A stretch of 64,000 nucleotides of DNA. Source: a virus. Lineage: Duplodnaviria; Heunggongvirae; Uroviricota; Caudoviricetes. Location: positions 53,712-117,711 of the IMG/VR virus record IMGVR_UViG_3300037488_000489, one strand, 5' to 3'. The notes beneath the pieces are model-generated. The model searched no databases. It was not told the DNA's origin and was given only the letters and a program-made list of their open reading frames with translations. This document shows positions 25,694-34,162 of the stretch, in pieces; within the stretch, counting starts at the first letter, position 1; each line of letters opens with the position of its first letter. Both the position numbers and the translations under genes were made by a program.

Positions 25694-26107
25694 CTACAAC
25701 CAAATGTTTTCCTCTTTGACAATAGACTTAACTATTTCAGTCATTCTCAACTCAAACTCATCACTATTCTTACGAGGTTTAGATCCTAATACTGTATTAA
25801 TCCTAATGGTGTTCTTCTTACTATCGTGCTTGTTAAAGTAGATTGTAAGACCATTAGTCTTAATTTTACCATTGCGACCATTATCATCTAATGTCACAAC
25901 AGCCTTGTCCAAACCTAATGCTTCCATTGGTAGCGTTAAGATTGGTAAATTCTCATCAAGGCTTAGTTGATCAGGATAACAGCATTCATCAAGCTTTAAT
26001 TGTTTAAAGCCATCAATCATTCTTGGATTAACAAAGAAATGAGTAATGCCATCTAATGGATTAGTTACCATCATCTTCTTGAAATCATAATAGAACTGCA
26101 TAATCAA
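25694..26107 (-). CDS. hypothetical immediate-early protein (137 aa)
   Basis: First ORF leftward of the divergent control region. Flanked by CAGGTGGGGTATC-type repeats and followed by its own terminator. Confidence 0.5.
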   Translation of the reverse strand: MIMQFYYDFKKMMVTNPLDGITHFFVNPRMIDGFKQLKLDECCYPDQLSLDENLPILTLPMEALGLDKAVVTLDDNGRNGKIKTNGLTIYFNKHDSKKNTIRINTVLGSKPRKNSDEFELRMTEIVKSIVKEENIWL

Positions 26108-26231
26108 AAGTTTTAAAGATTAATAAATTTAGCAAAGTTGTTTTTATCATAAAACTCATCAACCTTGCTAAGGGGCTGATTAAAAAAAAGGTCAATCTTG
26201 CTATTTTAAAGCAGTGTTTGATACTAATGAT

Positions 26232-26274
26232 CAGGTGGGGTATCCCCAACCTCTCAATTCACAGGTGGGGTATC
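26232..26274. repeat. two direct copies of CAGGTGGGGTATC spaced 30 bp apart
   Basis: Exact 13-mer at 26232..26244 and 26262..26274. GC-rich motif in an AT-rich genome. Confidence 0.7.
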
Positions 26275-26988
26275 AAGCAGTAGTACCCTCTCCTCCCTTG
26301 GACAAGGGGGGTTGTTAAGTTGGAAAAAAAATTTTGTAAAATGTTCCACAAGGAACGTTGGGTATAATCATCTGAGGACCAATGGGTTAACATGCCCCTG
26401 TGTTAAATGTTTGCATGAATTTTTCCAAATGTTGCATGCACATTGTGTCACACTTTTTCAAATATTTGTGACATTCTTGTAACATATTTATAGTACTATT
26501 TGTTACAGACTTCCAGGTTTGGCAGTCTTTCACTTCCTAGATTGTCAAGTTTTTGGATCAGGAAACTTGACACATTTGTCCAGTTTTATCAATCAAAATC
26601 TGGACATTTGTCAATCAATAGCTTTACTTTAGTTTACGTTTTGTCAAGCAATTGCTTTACATAATGTGTCTTATAAGGGACATGCTCAGCTTAACAATGT
26701 TGCTTTTATAACACATTAAGATATGTTATGGTATGTAGTGATGGAATGTTGCACCAAAATTATAAACTCTTGTAGTATCAAAATTAGAAAATTCTGCAAG
26801 TTTTGATAATAGCCAAAAATAAATTTGGTGGTTACAAAAAAGTCTTCGTAACTTTGGGGGGGATTTAGGGGGGGCCCTAAGTACATCTAATCAGCTAATA
26901 CACTATCTACAATTTATTGGTAGAATATAATGGATTATAAAAATAGTGCATAATATAGCATTCCTATTCCAGATAACTAAAATAGTTA

Positions 26989-27019
26989 TTTGACAATCAA
27001 AGGAATATACATACCTTTG
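26989..27019 (+). promoter_or_regulatory. Bacteroidetes-type sigma-A promoter (-33 TTG / -7 TACCTTTG) for rightward module
   Basis: TTG at 26989-91, 19-nt spacer, TACCTTTG at 27012-19. Matches the Bacteroidetes consensus TTG-N19-TAnnTTTG. First gene ATG at 27032. Confidence 0.5.
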
Positions 27020-27031
27020 CTTTAACTAATT

Positions 27032-27394
27032 ATGGAACCAACAGACAACAAGAAGCTAATTGTTCAGAAAATGAAGAGACCAGTGGGGGATTCCTACGCT
27101 GTGGCTGAGAAGTATTACAATATACTGTCAGCTGTGAATGGTCTTGGATTGACAGAACGTGAGGTGCAATTGATCGCTTTCACAGCCATCAAGGGTAACA
27201 TCTCCTATGCCAATGTCCGTCAAGAGTTCTGTGAGAAGTACAAAAGTTCGCCTCCAACCATCAACAACATCATCTCCAAGCTTAAACGTATTGGTGTATT
27301 TGTCAAGGACGGTACCAAGGTGAAGGTCAACCCAGTCATCATCCTAGACTTTGAGAAAGACATTGTCTTACAAATAACCGTAAGTCATGGATAA
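27032..27394 (+). CDS. hypothetical protein (120 aa), first gene of rightward module
   Basis: ORF directly downstream of the predicted promoter. Confidence 0.5.
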   Translation: MEPTDNKKLIVQKMKRPVGDSYAVAEKYYNILSAVNGLGLTEREVQLIAFTAIKGNISYANVRQEFCEKYKSSPPTINNIISKLKRIGVFVKDGTKVKVNPVIILDFEKDIVLQITVSHG

Positions 27395-27740
27395 GCCAAT
27401 CTCAATGTCAGTGAAGGATTATCTAGTCAGGACACTAGCTGTTAAGATGATGGTTTCAGAGAAGACAATTGAGACAGTGGTCAATCATCAGTTCCAATCA
27501 GCCAATGAGGCAATGGACTTAAATGACAGCATAGAAATTTCTGGATTTGGAAAGCTCTTCTTTAATAGAAAGAAGGCAGGAAAAAAGGTGGAGAAGCTGA
27601 ATGCTAAAAAGCTAGCCATGGAACGTATTATTGATGATGTTAATACGTCTGAACAAAAGAGAAAGTCTTCTATTGTCACATTAGAGAAGACAATAGTGCA
27701 AATAAACCAACTTAAACCAAGAACTACATATGAAGATTAA
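27387..27740 (+). CDS. HU/IHF-like DNA-binding protein
   Basis: HU pattern: helical N-terminus then 'IEISGFGKLFFNRKKAGKKV' (cf. [20 protein letters not shown]). Confidence 0.5.
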   Translation: MDKPISMSVKDYLVRTLAVKMMVSEKTIETVVNHQFQSANEAMDLNDSIEISGFGKLFFNRKKAGKKVEKLNAKKLAMERIIDDVNTSEQKRKSSIVTLEKTIVQINQLKPRTTYED

Positions 27741-28026
27741 CTTCTCCCAGATATATGAGGGTTGGAAAAATAACCTTTTCCCAGCTGAGAATATGAGAGC
27801 TCACATTCAACAAGTGAGTGATGAAAGAATGGCTATATGTGAGGAGTGTGATCTCATATCAACAAAACATAAAACTGTAAGACTTGATGTACATTGCACA
27901 GATTGTGGATGTATGCTAATTGCTAAAACAAAATGTTTATCATGCGACTGTCCTCTTAAGAAATGGGAAGCTGTTCTAGCTAATGTAGAAGAGGAGGAAG
28001 CATTAAAAAAAGAAGTTCATGGATAA
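27730..28026 (+). CDS. Cys-rich zinc-binding protein (98 aa)
   Basis: 'CEECDL...HCTDCGC...CLSCDC' cysteine clusters. Confidence 0.5.
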   Translation: MKINFSQIYEGWKNNLFPAENMRAHIQQVSDERMAICEECDLISTKHKTVRLDVHCTDCGCMLIAKTKCLSCDCPLKKWEAVLANVEEEEALKKEVHG

Positions 28027-28285
28027 TAATACAGTGCAAATCAAGAAGATCCATTTGGATGGATTTATAGAAATCTTAGTAGAGCTCTATAATAAAGGTG
28101 TGGATTATATTGATATTACAGGTGTTCCAGATGGTGATCAAGATAGAATGGCAATATCATTTACAACAGATTACATGATGGAAGGGGCTGAAGACAACTT
28201 TAAAGATGTTCCTGTACAAGGAATGGATATAAATAAGCTTCTAAGTCAAAAACTGTCTGATAAAGACTTGAATGATTTAATATGA
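28019..28285 (+). CDS. hypothetical acidic protein (88 aa)
   Basis: ORF; overlapping start/stop with neighbours. Confidence 0.45.
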   Translation: MDNNTVQIKKIHLDGFIEILVELYNKGVDYIDITGVPDGDQDRMAISFTTDYMMEGAEDNFKDVPVQGMDINKLLSQKLSDKDLNDLI

Positions 28286-28566
28286 GTAAAAAGAACAACT
28301 ACGAAAAGGCTCTTTATATATTAGAAGAACTACATAAAGACTTTCCTACATACAACTTAGGAAGGCATCTTGCTACAGCTCTTAGTGATTATGGAGATAT
28401 ATGGGGGATGACAGACAAAGAATTAGTCTTTGCTTTGGAAAAATATAAGACAGAGATTGAAATGGATATTCCACATACAGATGAGTCTGAGCTTGAAAAA
28501 ATAATTAAAGAGGGTATGGACCTTGATAATATACTAAAAGAAGAAGAAGAAGATGGCGACTATTAA
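28282..28566 (+). CDS. hypothetical acidic protein (94 aa) ending EEEEDGDY
   Basis: ORF; C-terminal acidic tail similar to that of 9980..10855 (..DDGDY). Confidence 0.45.
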   Translation: MSKKNNYEKALYILEELHKDFPTYNLGRHLATALSDYGDIWGMTDKELVFALEKYKTEIEMDIPHTDESELEKIIKEGMDLDNILKEEEEDGDY

Positions 28567-28885
28567 AAAAACTACATATATAAATACAGAGCTTGAATGG
28601 GCAGAAGCACAACTTCTTTCCTGGAAAGCTTATGTAAATGCAAACCCACTACATGAATTGAAAGATAGGATTGAGTGGAAACCTACAGCTAAAGGAGGCA
28701 TGTTACCTATGGTAATAGCTAGTATTGAAGCTCAAGGTAAGTTTGTACAGGAGACAATGAAGAACTACCTAGCTTTAGTAGAAGTGGTAGATAAGCTAAG
28801 AAACATGGAAGAAGCTAAGGTGGAAGTGAGAGGGAAAGGTGAGTTGTCAGGGGCTGCTGCTGAGTTTTTAGCAAATAGAAAATAA
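28553..28885 (+). CDS. hypothetical protein (110 aa)
   Basis: ORF immediately upstream of the large terminase gene; small-terminase position, but no motif support. Confidence 0.4.
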   Translation: MATIKKTTYINTELEWAEAQLLSWKAYVNANPLHELKDRIEWKPTAKGGMLPMVIASIEAQGKFVQETMKNYLALVEVVDKLRNMEEAKVEVRGKGELSGAAAEFLANRK

Positions 28886-30927
28886 TGATTGAACTACAGA
28901 ACATAGATTATAAAGATTGGTTTATAAATCAGAAACGTATTCCTGATAAGGACTCTGCTGAATGTAAGCCATTTTTTGACTTTCATAGAGAGCTATGTTT
29001 AAATGGTGCCATGATGGGGGGTGTGTATATCAACCCCTTTTTATATTGGCACCTAAACATCTGGCACACTGAGGTGGATGTTATAGATGAAAGAGGTAGA
29101 ATTGCACAAAAATATGCTAATCCGTTTTTAAGAGATAATGAGTGGCTGGTAACAAACGAAATTGATAGAGCCCAACAGGAAAAAAAGGGCTTGGTTATTC
29201 TAGGTATTAGACGTTTTGCTAAATCCGTTCTTGAAGCATCCTATATTGCATGGGGTGCAACATTTGATGAGAACTCCCAGAATATTATTGCTGGTTTGAA
29301 TGCACCAGATATAAAACTTATTACGGATAAAATAGATAAAGGATTAAACTTTATCCCTGAGTATTGGAGATGGCAGAGAATTGAGGATAACTGGAAAAAC
29401 CAGGTTACATTAGGTATTAAAACCAAATCTGGTGAACGTATCCCATTCTCTTCCATTCTGATACGTAACCTTGATGAAGGTAATAATGAAGAAGCAATTG
29501 CAGGTACAAAACCACGTAAATTAATTATAGATGAGATTGGTAAAGGAAATTTTCTTAGAGGTTTACAGGCGGCTATACCAGGTTTCACTACACCCTATGG
29601 TTGGGGATGTTCTCCAATTCTCACAGGCACTGGTGGTGATATGAAGAAATTTCAGGATGCAAAATCCCTGATGTTTGACGTAGACAATTTTAATTTCCTT
29701 ACATATAATAATGCAAAAGATGATAAGCGTGTACATGGCTTATTCATCCCAGCTAAATATAGAATGGAAGCTAAAGAGAAATCTACATTAGGAGCTTTCT
29801 TAAATGAGCCTGCTGGTTCAGACCTATTTAATGTTGAAATGTTGGTGGGTGATGAGGAAAGAGCTAAAGAGATTACAGAAAAGAATCTAGAAAGACTTAA
29901 GAAAGCTGGAGATAGAATAGCTTATTTAAAAGAGAAGATGTACTACCCAATGGAGGTGGATGATATATTCCTGAATGAGGATACAAATATCTTTGATATT
30001 GAATCAGCTAAGAGACAGAAAACTAGGTTATTACAACAAGAAAGAACAGGAACTCCTGTTATATTGTTCTCTGGAGAAAATGGTATTGAGCATGAGTTTA
30101 CAGACAAGCTTCCTATATCTAACTTCCCATTAAAGAACAGTGATACAAAAGATGCTCCTATAGTTATATATGAATTTCCTGTAGAAAACCCTCCTTATGG
30201 ATTGTACGTAGCAGGAGTAGATCCATATAGACAAGGTAAATCTGCATATTCAAGTTCACTTGGTTCTGTATTCATATATAAAAGAATGCATGAAATTAGT
30301 GGTGAGAAGTATCAAGATATGTTCGTAGCTTCGTACTGTGCAAGACCTGATAAGAAAGAAATTTGGGAAGAACAAGCTAGACTTCTTATTAAGTATTACA
30401 ATGCCAGAACACTGTGTGAGAATGATGATATATCATTTATAGAATATATGAAGGCCAAAGGGGATGCTCACTATTTAGAGAAGCAACCTGAATGGCTTAA
30501 AGAAATTGTTCCAAACACAACAGTTAAAAGAGATTATGGAATTCATCGTTCAAGTGACAAAATAATTGAGTATCTTCACACCTGCTTAAAGAAGTATATG
30601 GAGTCTGTGATATTCAAAGAAACAAATGAGGCTGGTGATACTATAAGAGAAGTGCTAGGGGTGAGTAAGATATTTGATCCTGTATTGCTTGAAGAGATTA
30701 TACAATACAATGACTCAGGTAACTTTGATAGAATTATTGCTGCAGAGTTAGCTATTGCACAGGCATTAAAGATGGACCCTATTATGGGTAAGATTGGTGG
30801 AACATCTGATGATAGAGTGAAGGCAATGTTTAGTAAGAAGAAAGGAAATGTACTGTTTACAGAATCAAGAGGTGGAATGTTTGGTACCTCTCATAATAAA
30901 TATAAAAGAAATAAATTGTTTACATAA
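28885..30927 (+). CDS. terL: terminase large subunit
   Basis: ATPase Walker A-like 'LGIRRFAKS', Walker B 'KLIIDEIG', C-terminal nuclease-like 'YVAGVDPYRQG'. 680 aa. Sits at the head of the structural module. Confidence 0.8.
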   Translation: MIELQNIDYKDWFINQKRIPDKDSAECKPFFDFHRELCLNGAMMGGVYINPFLYWHLNIWHTEVDVIDERGRIAQKYANPFLRDNEWLVTNEIDRAQQEKKGLVILGIRRFAKSVLEASYIAWGATFDENSQNIIAGLNAPDIKLITDKIDKGLNFIPEYWRWQRIEDNWKNQVTLGIKTKSGERIPFSSILIRNLDEGNNEEAIAGTKPRKLIIDEIGKGNFLRGLQAAIPGFTTPYGWGCSPILTGTGGDMKKFQDAKSLMFDVDNFNFLTYNNAKDDKRVHGLFIPAKYRMEAKEKSTLGAFLNEPAGSDLFNVEMLVGDEERAKEITEKNLERLKKAGDRIAYLKEKMYYPMEVDDIFLNEDTNIFDIESAKRQKTRLLQQERTGTPVILFSGENGIEHEFTDKLPISNFPLKNSDTKDAPIVIYEFPVENPPYGLYVAGVDPYRQGKSAYSSSLGSVFIYKRMHEISGEKYQDMFVASYCARPDKKEIWEEQARLLIKYYNARTLCENDDISFIEYMKAKGDAHYLEKQPEWLKEIVPNTTVKRDYGIHRSSDKIIEYLHTCLKKYMESVIFKETNEAGDTIREVLGVSKIFDPVLLEEIIQYNDSGNFDRIIAAELAIAQALKMDPIMGKIGGTSDDRVKAMFSKKKGNVLFTESRGGMFGTSHNKYKRNKLFT

Positions 30928-33509
30928 TGGCAATTATAAGATATACAAAAGACGCAACAATCAGGTATGCCTATTTAAACATCTTCCCTGATCAGTTTAA
31001 AACTGAGAAGGAAAAGATGGATGAGAGTTGGATCAAGAACACTATGGACTACTTTGCAAACAAAGCATATGCTGAGTATGTAAAGAACCGTGATACGTTT
31101 GTGAAGAACTATGATTTAGTGAAGGGTATTTTAAGACATGAGGATTTCTATCAAGAACCTGAGGTGAGAAGTTTTACAGATATGCTAACAGCTGATTTAC
31201 AGCTTCCTGCATATGTAAAACATTATTCTATAATGACAACACCTATCAATGAATTAGTAGGTGAGATTTCTAAACGTCCAGATGCTTTCCGTGTGAAAGC
31301 TTTTGATGATGATAGTAAAGCAGAAGAGTTAGAATTTAAGACAGGTATATTACAAGAATATGTAATTAGTCAAGCTAAAGCTAAGGTGCAAGAACAAGCT
31401 GCTCAAAGAGGAGAAGAGATTGCTGACGAAGATTTACAAAAAATGACAATGGATCAAGTGCAGGATCAACTTGATTCTTATACATCTGTTGCAGAGAAGT
31501 GGGCTAACCACGTACTAACAGCTCAGAAAGCTGAGTTCATAATGAAAGAAAAGAGCGAGGACGCTTTTAGAGATTTATTAATTTCTTCTAGAGAGTTCTA
31601 TCACATTTACGAAGATAACTCAAAGGTTGGATTTAATATAGAAGTGTCTAACCCTAAAAATACATTCTTCTTAACTACGCCAGATAGAAAATATATTTCA
31701 GATCCTTCAGGACGTGCACAGGGAGCTTATGCTGCTGGTACAGTTATGGTGATGGAACTATCTGAGATTATTGAAACATTCCCTGATATAACTAAAGAAG
31801 AGATAGATCACTTACGTAGTTCATTGCAAGACTATGGTTTAATTAACGTACGTGAATCTAATTTAGGTAACCCTAATGCTATTCCAGGTATTGATTCAGT
31901 ACAATATGATACATATGATCCATTGGTGCTACAAACAAGAATGGTAATTGAGTCTGAAATGAAAGAAAACAATGATGGCTTACAAGACTTCTTAGGTCTT
32001 ACATCTAATGTTAGTTCATTTGGTTACAAGTATGTTGTCGTACGTACATATTGGATTTCTAAGAAAAAGATTGGTAAGTTAATTTATATAGATGAAATGG
32101 GTAATGAGCAATCTATGCTTGTTGATGAAACCTATAAATCAGGAACTATTCCTACAGAAGAATCTTTAGAATGGGGTTGGATTAACCAGTGGTATCAAGG
32201 TGTTAAGATTGGTCCAGACATCTATCACATTAAACCTTATAAGTTATTAAACTATTGTCCTATTATTGGATTAGTTCATGAGGTTAAGAATACAGAAGCT
32301 AGAAGTTTGGTAGATATGATGAAACCATTCCAAGTTTTATATAACGTTTGTATGAATCAATTATACAAGCTATTAGAAAAAGAAGTTGGTAAGGTGTATT
32401 TAACATCTATTAGACACATTCCTATTCCTAAAGATGGAGATGCACAAGATGCTCTTGATGTATGGGAAATGGAAGCACGTAACCGTGGTGTAATGTTTAT
32501 TGATGACTCTCCAGAGAATTTGAAGAGCCCATCATCATTTAACCAGTTCCGTGATATTGACCTTACACGTACGCAAGAGATTCAATCTAGATATACACTA
32601 GCTCAACAATTAAAGAATGAGTGTTGGGAATTGATAGGTATGTCTAGACAACGTATGGGATCTGTTTCAGCTAGTGAGTCAGCTACAGGTACTAACACTG
32701 CTATTACACAATCATACTCTCAAACTGAGCCTATATTTGTTGCTCATGAATATGTATTAGGTCAGCTTTATCAAGCTATCATTGATGCATCATTGTACAC
32801 AGAGGCTAAGAAGCCTGAATCAACTATTTCTTATATTACTAATGAAGGAGAATCTGCATTTGTGCAGGTGAATGGTAACGATCTTAAGTTCCGTGATCTT
32901 AAAGTGTATTTAACTAATAGACCAGAAGATCAAAAAATGTTTAATGAAATCAGAGGCTTATCTCAAGCTGTTCTTCAAAATGGTGGTTCATTACACGACA
33001 TCATTGAACTTTACAGTACTAACTCTGTACGTCAAATGAAGAAAGTGTTTAAAACACTTAAAGATAGACAAGAGCAACTGCAAGATCAACAAGTACAACA
33101 GCAACAACAACAAATGGAGCAGCAAAAACAAATTGCTGATCAACAAATTGCTGCTGCACAACAACAAGCTGCTGAGAAAATGGCTCATGATGATTATCAA
33201 AATGAGTTGGATAGAATCAATAAGAAAGAGATTGCAATCATTGCTGCTGAAGCTAAAGGTGGATTACCAGATGCAGACATGAATAATGTTCCTGATGCAT
33301 TAGAAATTGATAAGTTAATGAATGATCAATCTAAAGCTGCAAATGACTACCAAGCAAAGATGGCAGACATCCAAGCTAAGAATTCATTGGCTGCACAAAA
33401 GATTGCATTAGAAAAAGAAAAATTAAAGGTTGAAAGAGAGAATCAAGTTAATGACTTAAAGATTGCTCAAACAAATGCTAAGAATAGAGCTAGCAAGAAA
33501 ACTAAATAA
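30927..33509 (+). CDS. putative portal protein (860 aa) with Gln-rich coiled-coil C-terminus
   Basis: Position directly after terL with overlapping stop/start. C-terminal 'QEQLQDQQVQQQQQQMEQQKQIADQQ'. No portal motif verified. Confidence 0.45.
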   Translation: MAIIRYTKDATIRYAYLNIFPDQFKTEKEKMDESWIKNTMDYFANKAYAEYVKNRDTFVKNYDLVKGILRHEDFYQEPEVRSFTDMLTADLQLPAYVKHYSIMTTPINELVGEISKRPDAFRVKAFDDDSKAEELEFKTGILQEYVISQAKAKVQEQAAQRGEEIADEDLQKMTMDQVQDQLDSYTSVAEKWANHVLTAQKAEFIMKEKSEDAFRDLLISSREFYHIYEDNSKVGFNIEVSNPKNTFFLTTPDRKYISDPSGRAQGAYAAGTVMVMELSEIIETFPDITKEEIDHLRSSLQDYGLINVRESNLGNPNAIPGIDSVQYDTYDPLVLQTRMVIESEMKENNDGLQDFLGLTSNVSSFGYKYVVVRTYWISKKKIGKLIYIDEMGNEQSMLVDETYKSGTIPTEESLEWGWINQWYQGVKIGPDIYHIKPYKLLNYCPIIGLVHEVKNTEARSLVDMMKPFQVLYNVCMNQLYKLLEKEVGKVYLTSIRHIPIPKDGDAQDALDVWEMEARNRGVMFIDDSPENLKSPSSFNQFRDIDLTRTQEIQSRYTLAQQLKNECWELIGMSRQRMGSVSASESATGTNTAITQSYSQTEPIFVAHEYVLGQLYQAIIDASLYTEAKKPESTISYITNEGESAFVQVNGNDLKFRDLKVYLTNRPEDQKMFNEIRGLSQAVLQNGGSLHDIIELYSTNSVRQMKKVFKTLKDRQEQLQDQQVQQQQQQMEQQKQIADQQIAAAQQQAAEKMAHDDYQNELDRINKKEIAIIAAEAKGGLPDADMNNVPDALEIDKLMNDQSKAANDYQAKMADIQAKNSLAAQKIALEKEKLKVERENQVNDLKIAQTNAKNRASKKTK

Positions 33510-33511
33510 TT

Positions 33512-34042
33512 ATGTTTGATAAACTCATTGAGATTATATCTAATTGGTGGTTACAACTAACCCCAATAATTATAATAAGAGATTACGAAAAAGCTGTATT
33601 ACTTAGGTTTGGAAAATTTAAAAAAGTTCTTGAGCCTGGAATACATTTCAAAATCCCAATGTTTGATGAGGTGATTGACCAGCATGTTGTCACTACAACA
33701 TTAAGTCTTGATGCACAATCTTTGTATACAGCAGATAAACAAAACATTGTTGTGAAAGGATTGGTTAAATATAAGATAGCTGATGTTAAAATATTCTTAT
33801 TAGAAGTTTGGGATGCTCAAGATGCTATATCAGATATGTCACAAGCCATAATTAAAAATGTCATTATGTCTATGACATTAGATGAGTGTACAGATTCTGA
33901 ACTTGATAACACTCTTACTAAGAAAGTGAGGGTGGAAGCTAAGAAGTGGGGGGTTGAGGTTCAACAAGTTACACTCACTGACCTAGCTCCAATAAGAAGT
34001 ATTAGACTTATAAATGACAACTTTATTAATAAATTAGATTAG
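33512..34042 (+). CDS. SPFH/band-7 (stomatin/prohibitin/HflK-like) domain protein
   Basis: N-terminal hydrophobic segment, then 'IIRDYEKAVLLRFGKFKKVLEPGIHFKIPMFDEV' matching the SPFH core (v.e.e.av..rfGk....l.pGlhf.iP). Confidence 0.5.
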   Translation: MFDKLIEIISNWWLQLTPIIIIRDYEKAVLLRFGKFKKVLEPGIHFKIPMFDEVIDQHVVTTTLSLDAQSLYTADKQNIVVKGLVKYKIADVKIFLLEVWDAQDAISDMSQAIIKNVIMSMTLDECTDSELDNTLTKKVRVEAKKWGVEVQQVTLTDLAPIRSIRLINDNFINKLD

Positions 34043-34162
34043 AGTAAAAAATATTAATGCTATATTATCTTAAATAATGATCTATATAGAGCTTCATCTC
34101 TTTGATATTAATTTACTATAGTATACTTTTACATTACAAAACCAATTAAAACTCAACTACAT

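Larger units (their letters stand above)
26108..27031. promoter_or_regulatory. 924-bp non-coding divergent control region between leftward early and rightward late/structural modules (candidate origin and operator region)
   Basis: No ORF of 60 aa or more on either strand. Contains CAGGTGGGGTATC repeats, a perfect 10-bp inverted repeat TGTCAAGTTT(26543-52)/AAACTTGACA(26563-72), multiple TTGTCAA and ACATTTGTC copies, G7-ATTTA-G7 (26856..26874), and a Bacteroidetes-type promoter at the right end. Confidence 0.6.

Noticed and set aside
25622-26274. CAGGTGGGGTATC-family repeats as a CRISPR array
   Set aside because: Only four copies in two pairs with irregular spacing (tandem, 30 bp, and about 600 bp apart) and a 12 to 13 nt unit; no regular repeat-spacer architecture.
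26333-26368. Sigma-70-like -35/-10 (TTGTAA ... TATAAT at about 26363)
   Set aside because: Spacer of about 23 nt is too long, and Bacteroidetes hosts use TTG/TAnnTTTG promoters rather than TATAAT; likely chance.
26814-26821. Possible leftward promoter -7 box (CAAAAATA on the plus strand, i.e. TATTTTTG on the minus strand)
   Set aside because: No correctly spaced upstream TTG, and it lies about 700 nt from the first leftward gene; too weak to call.
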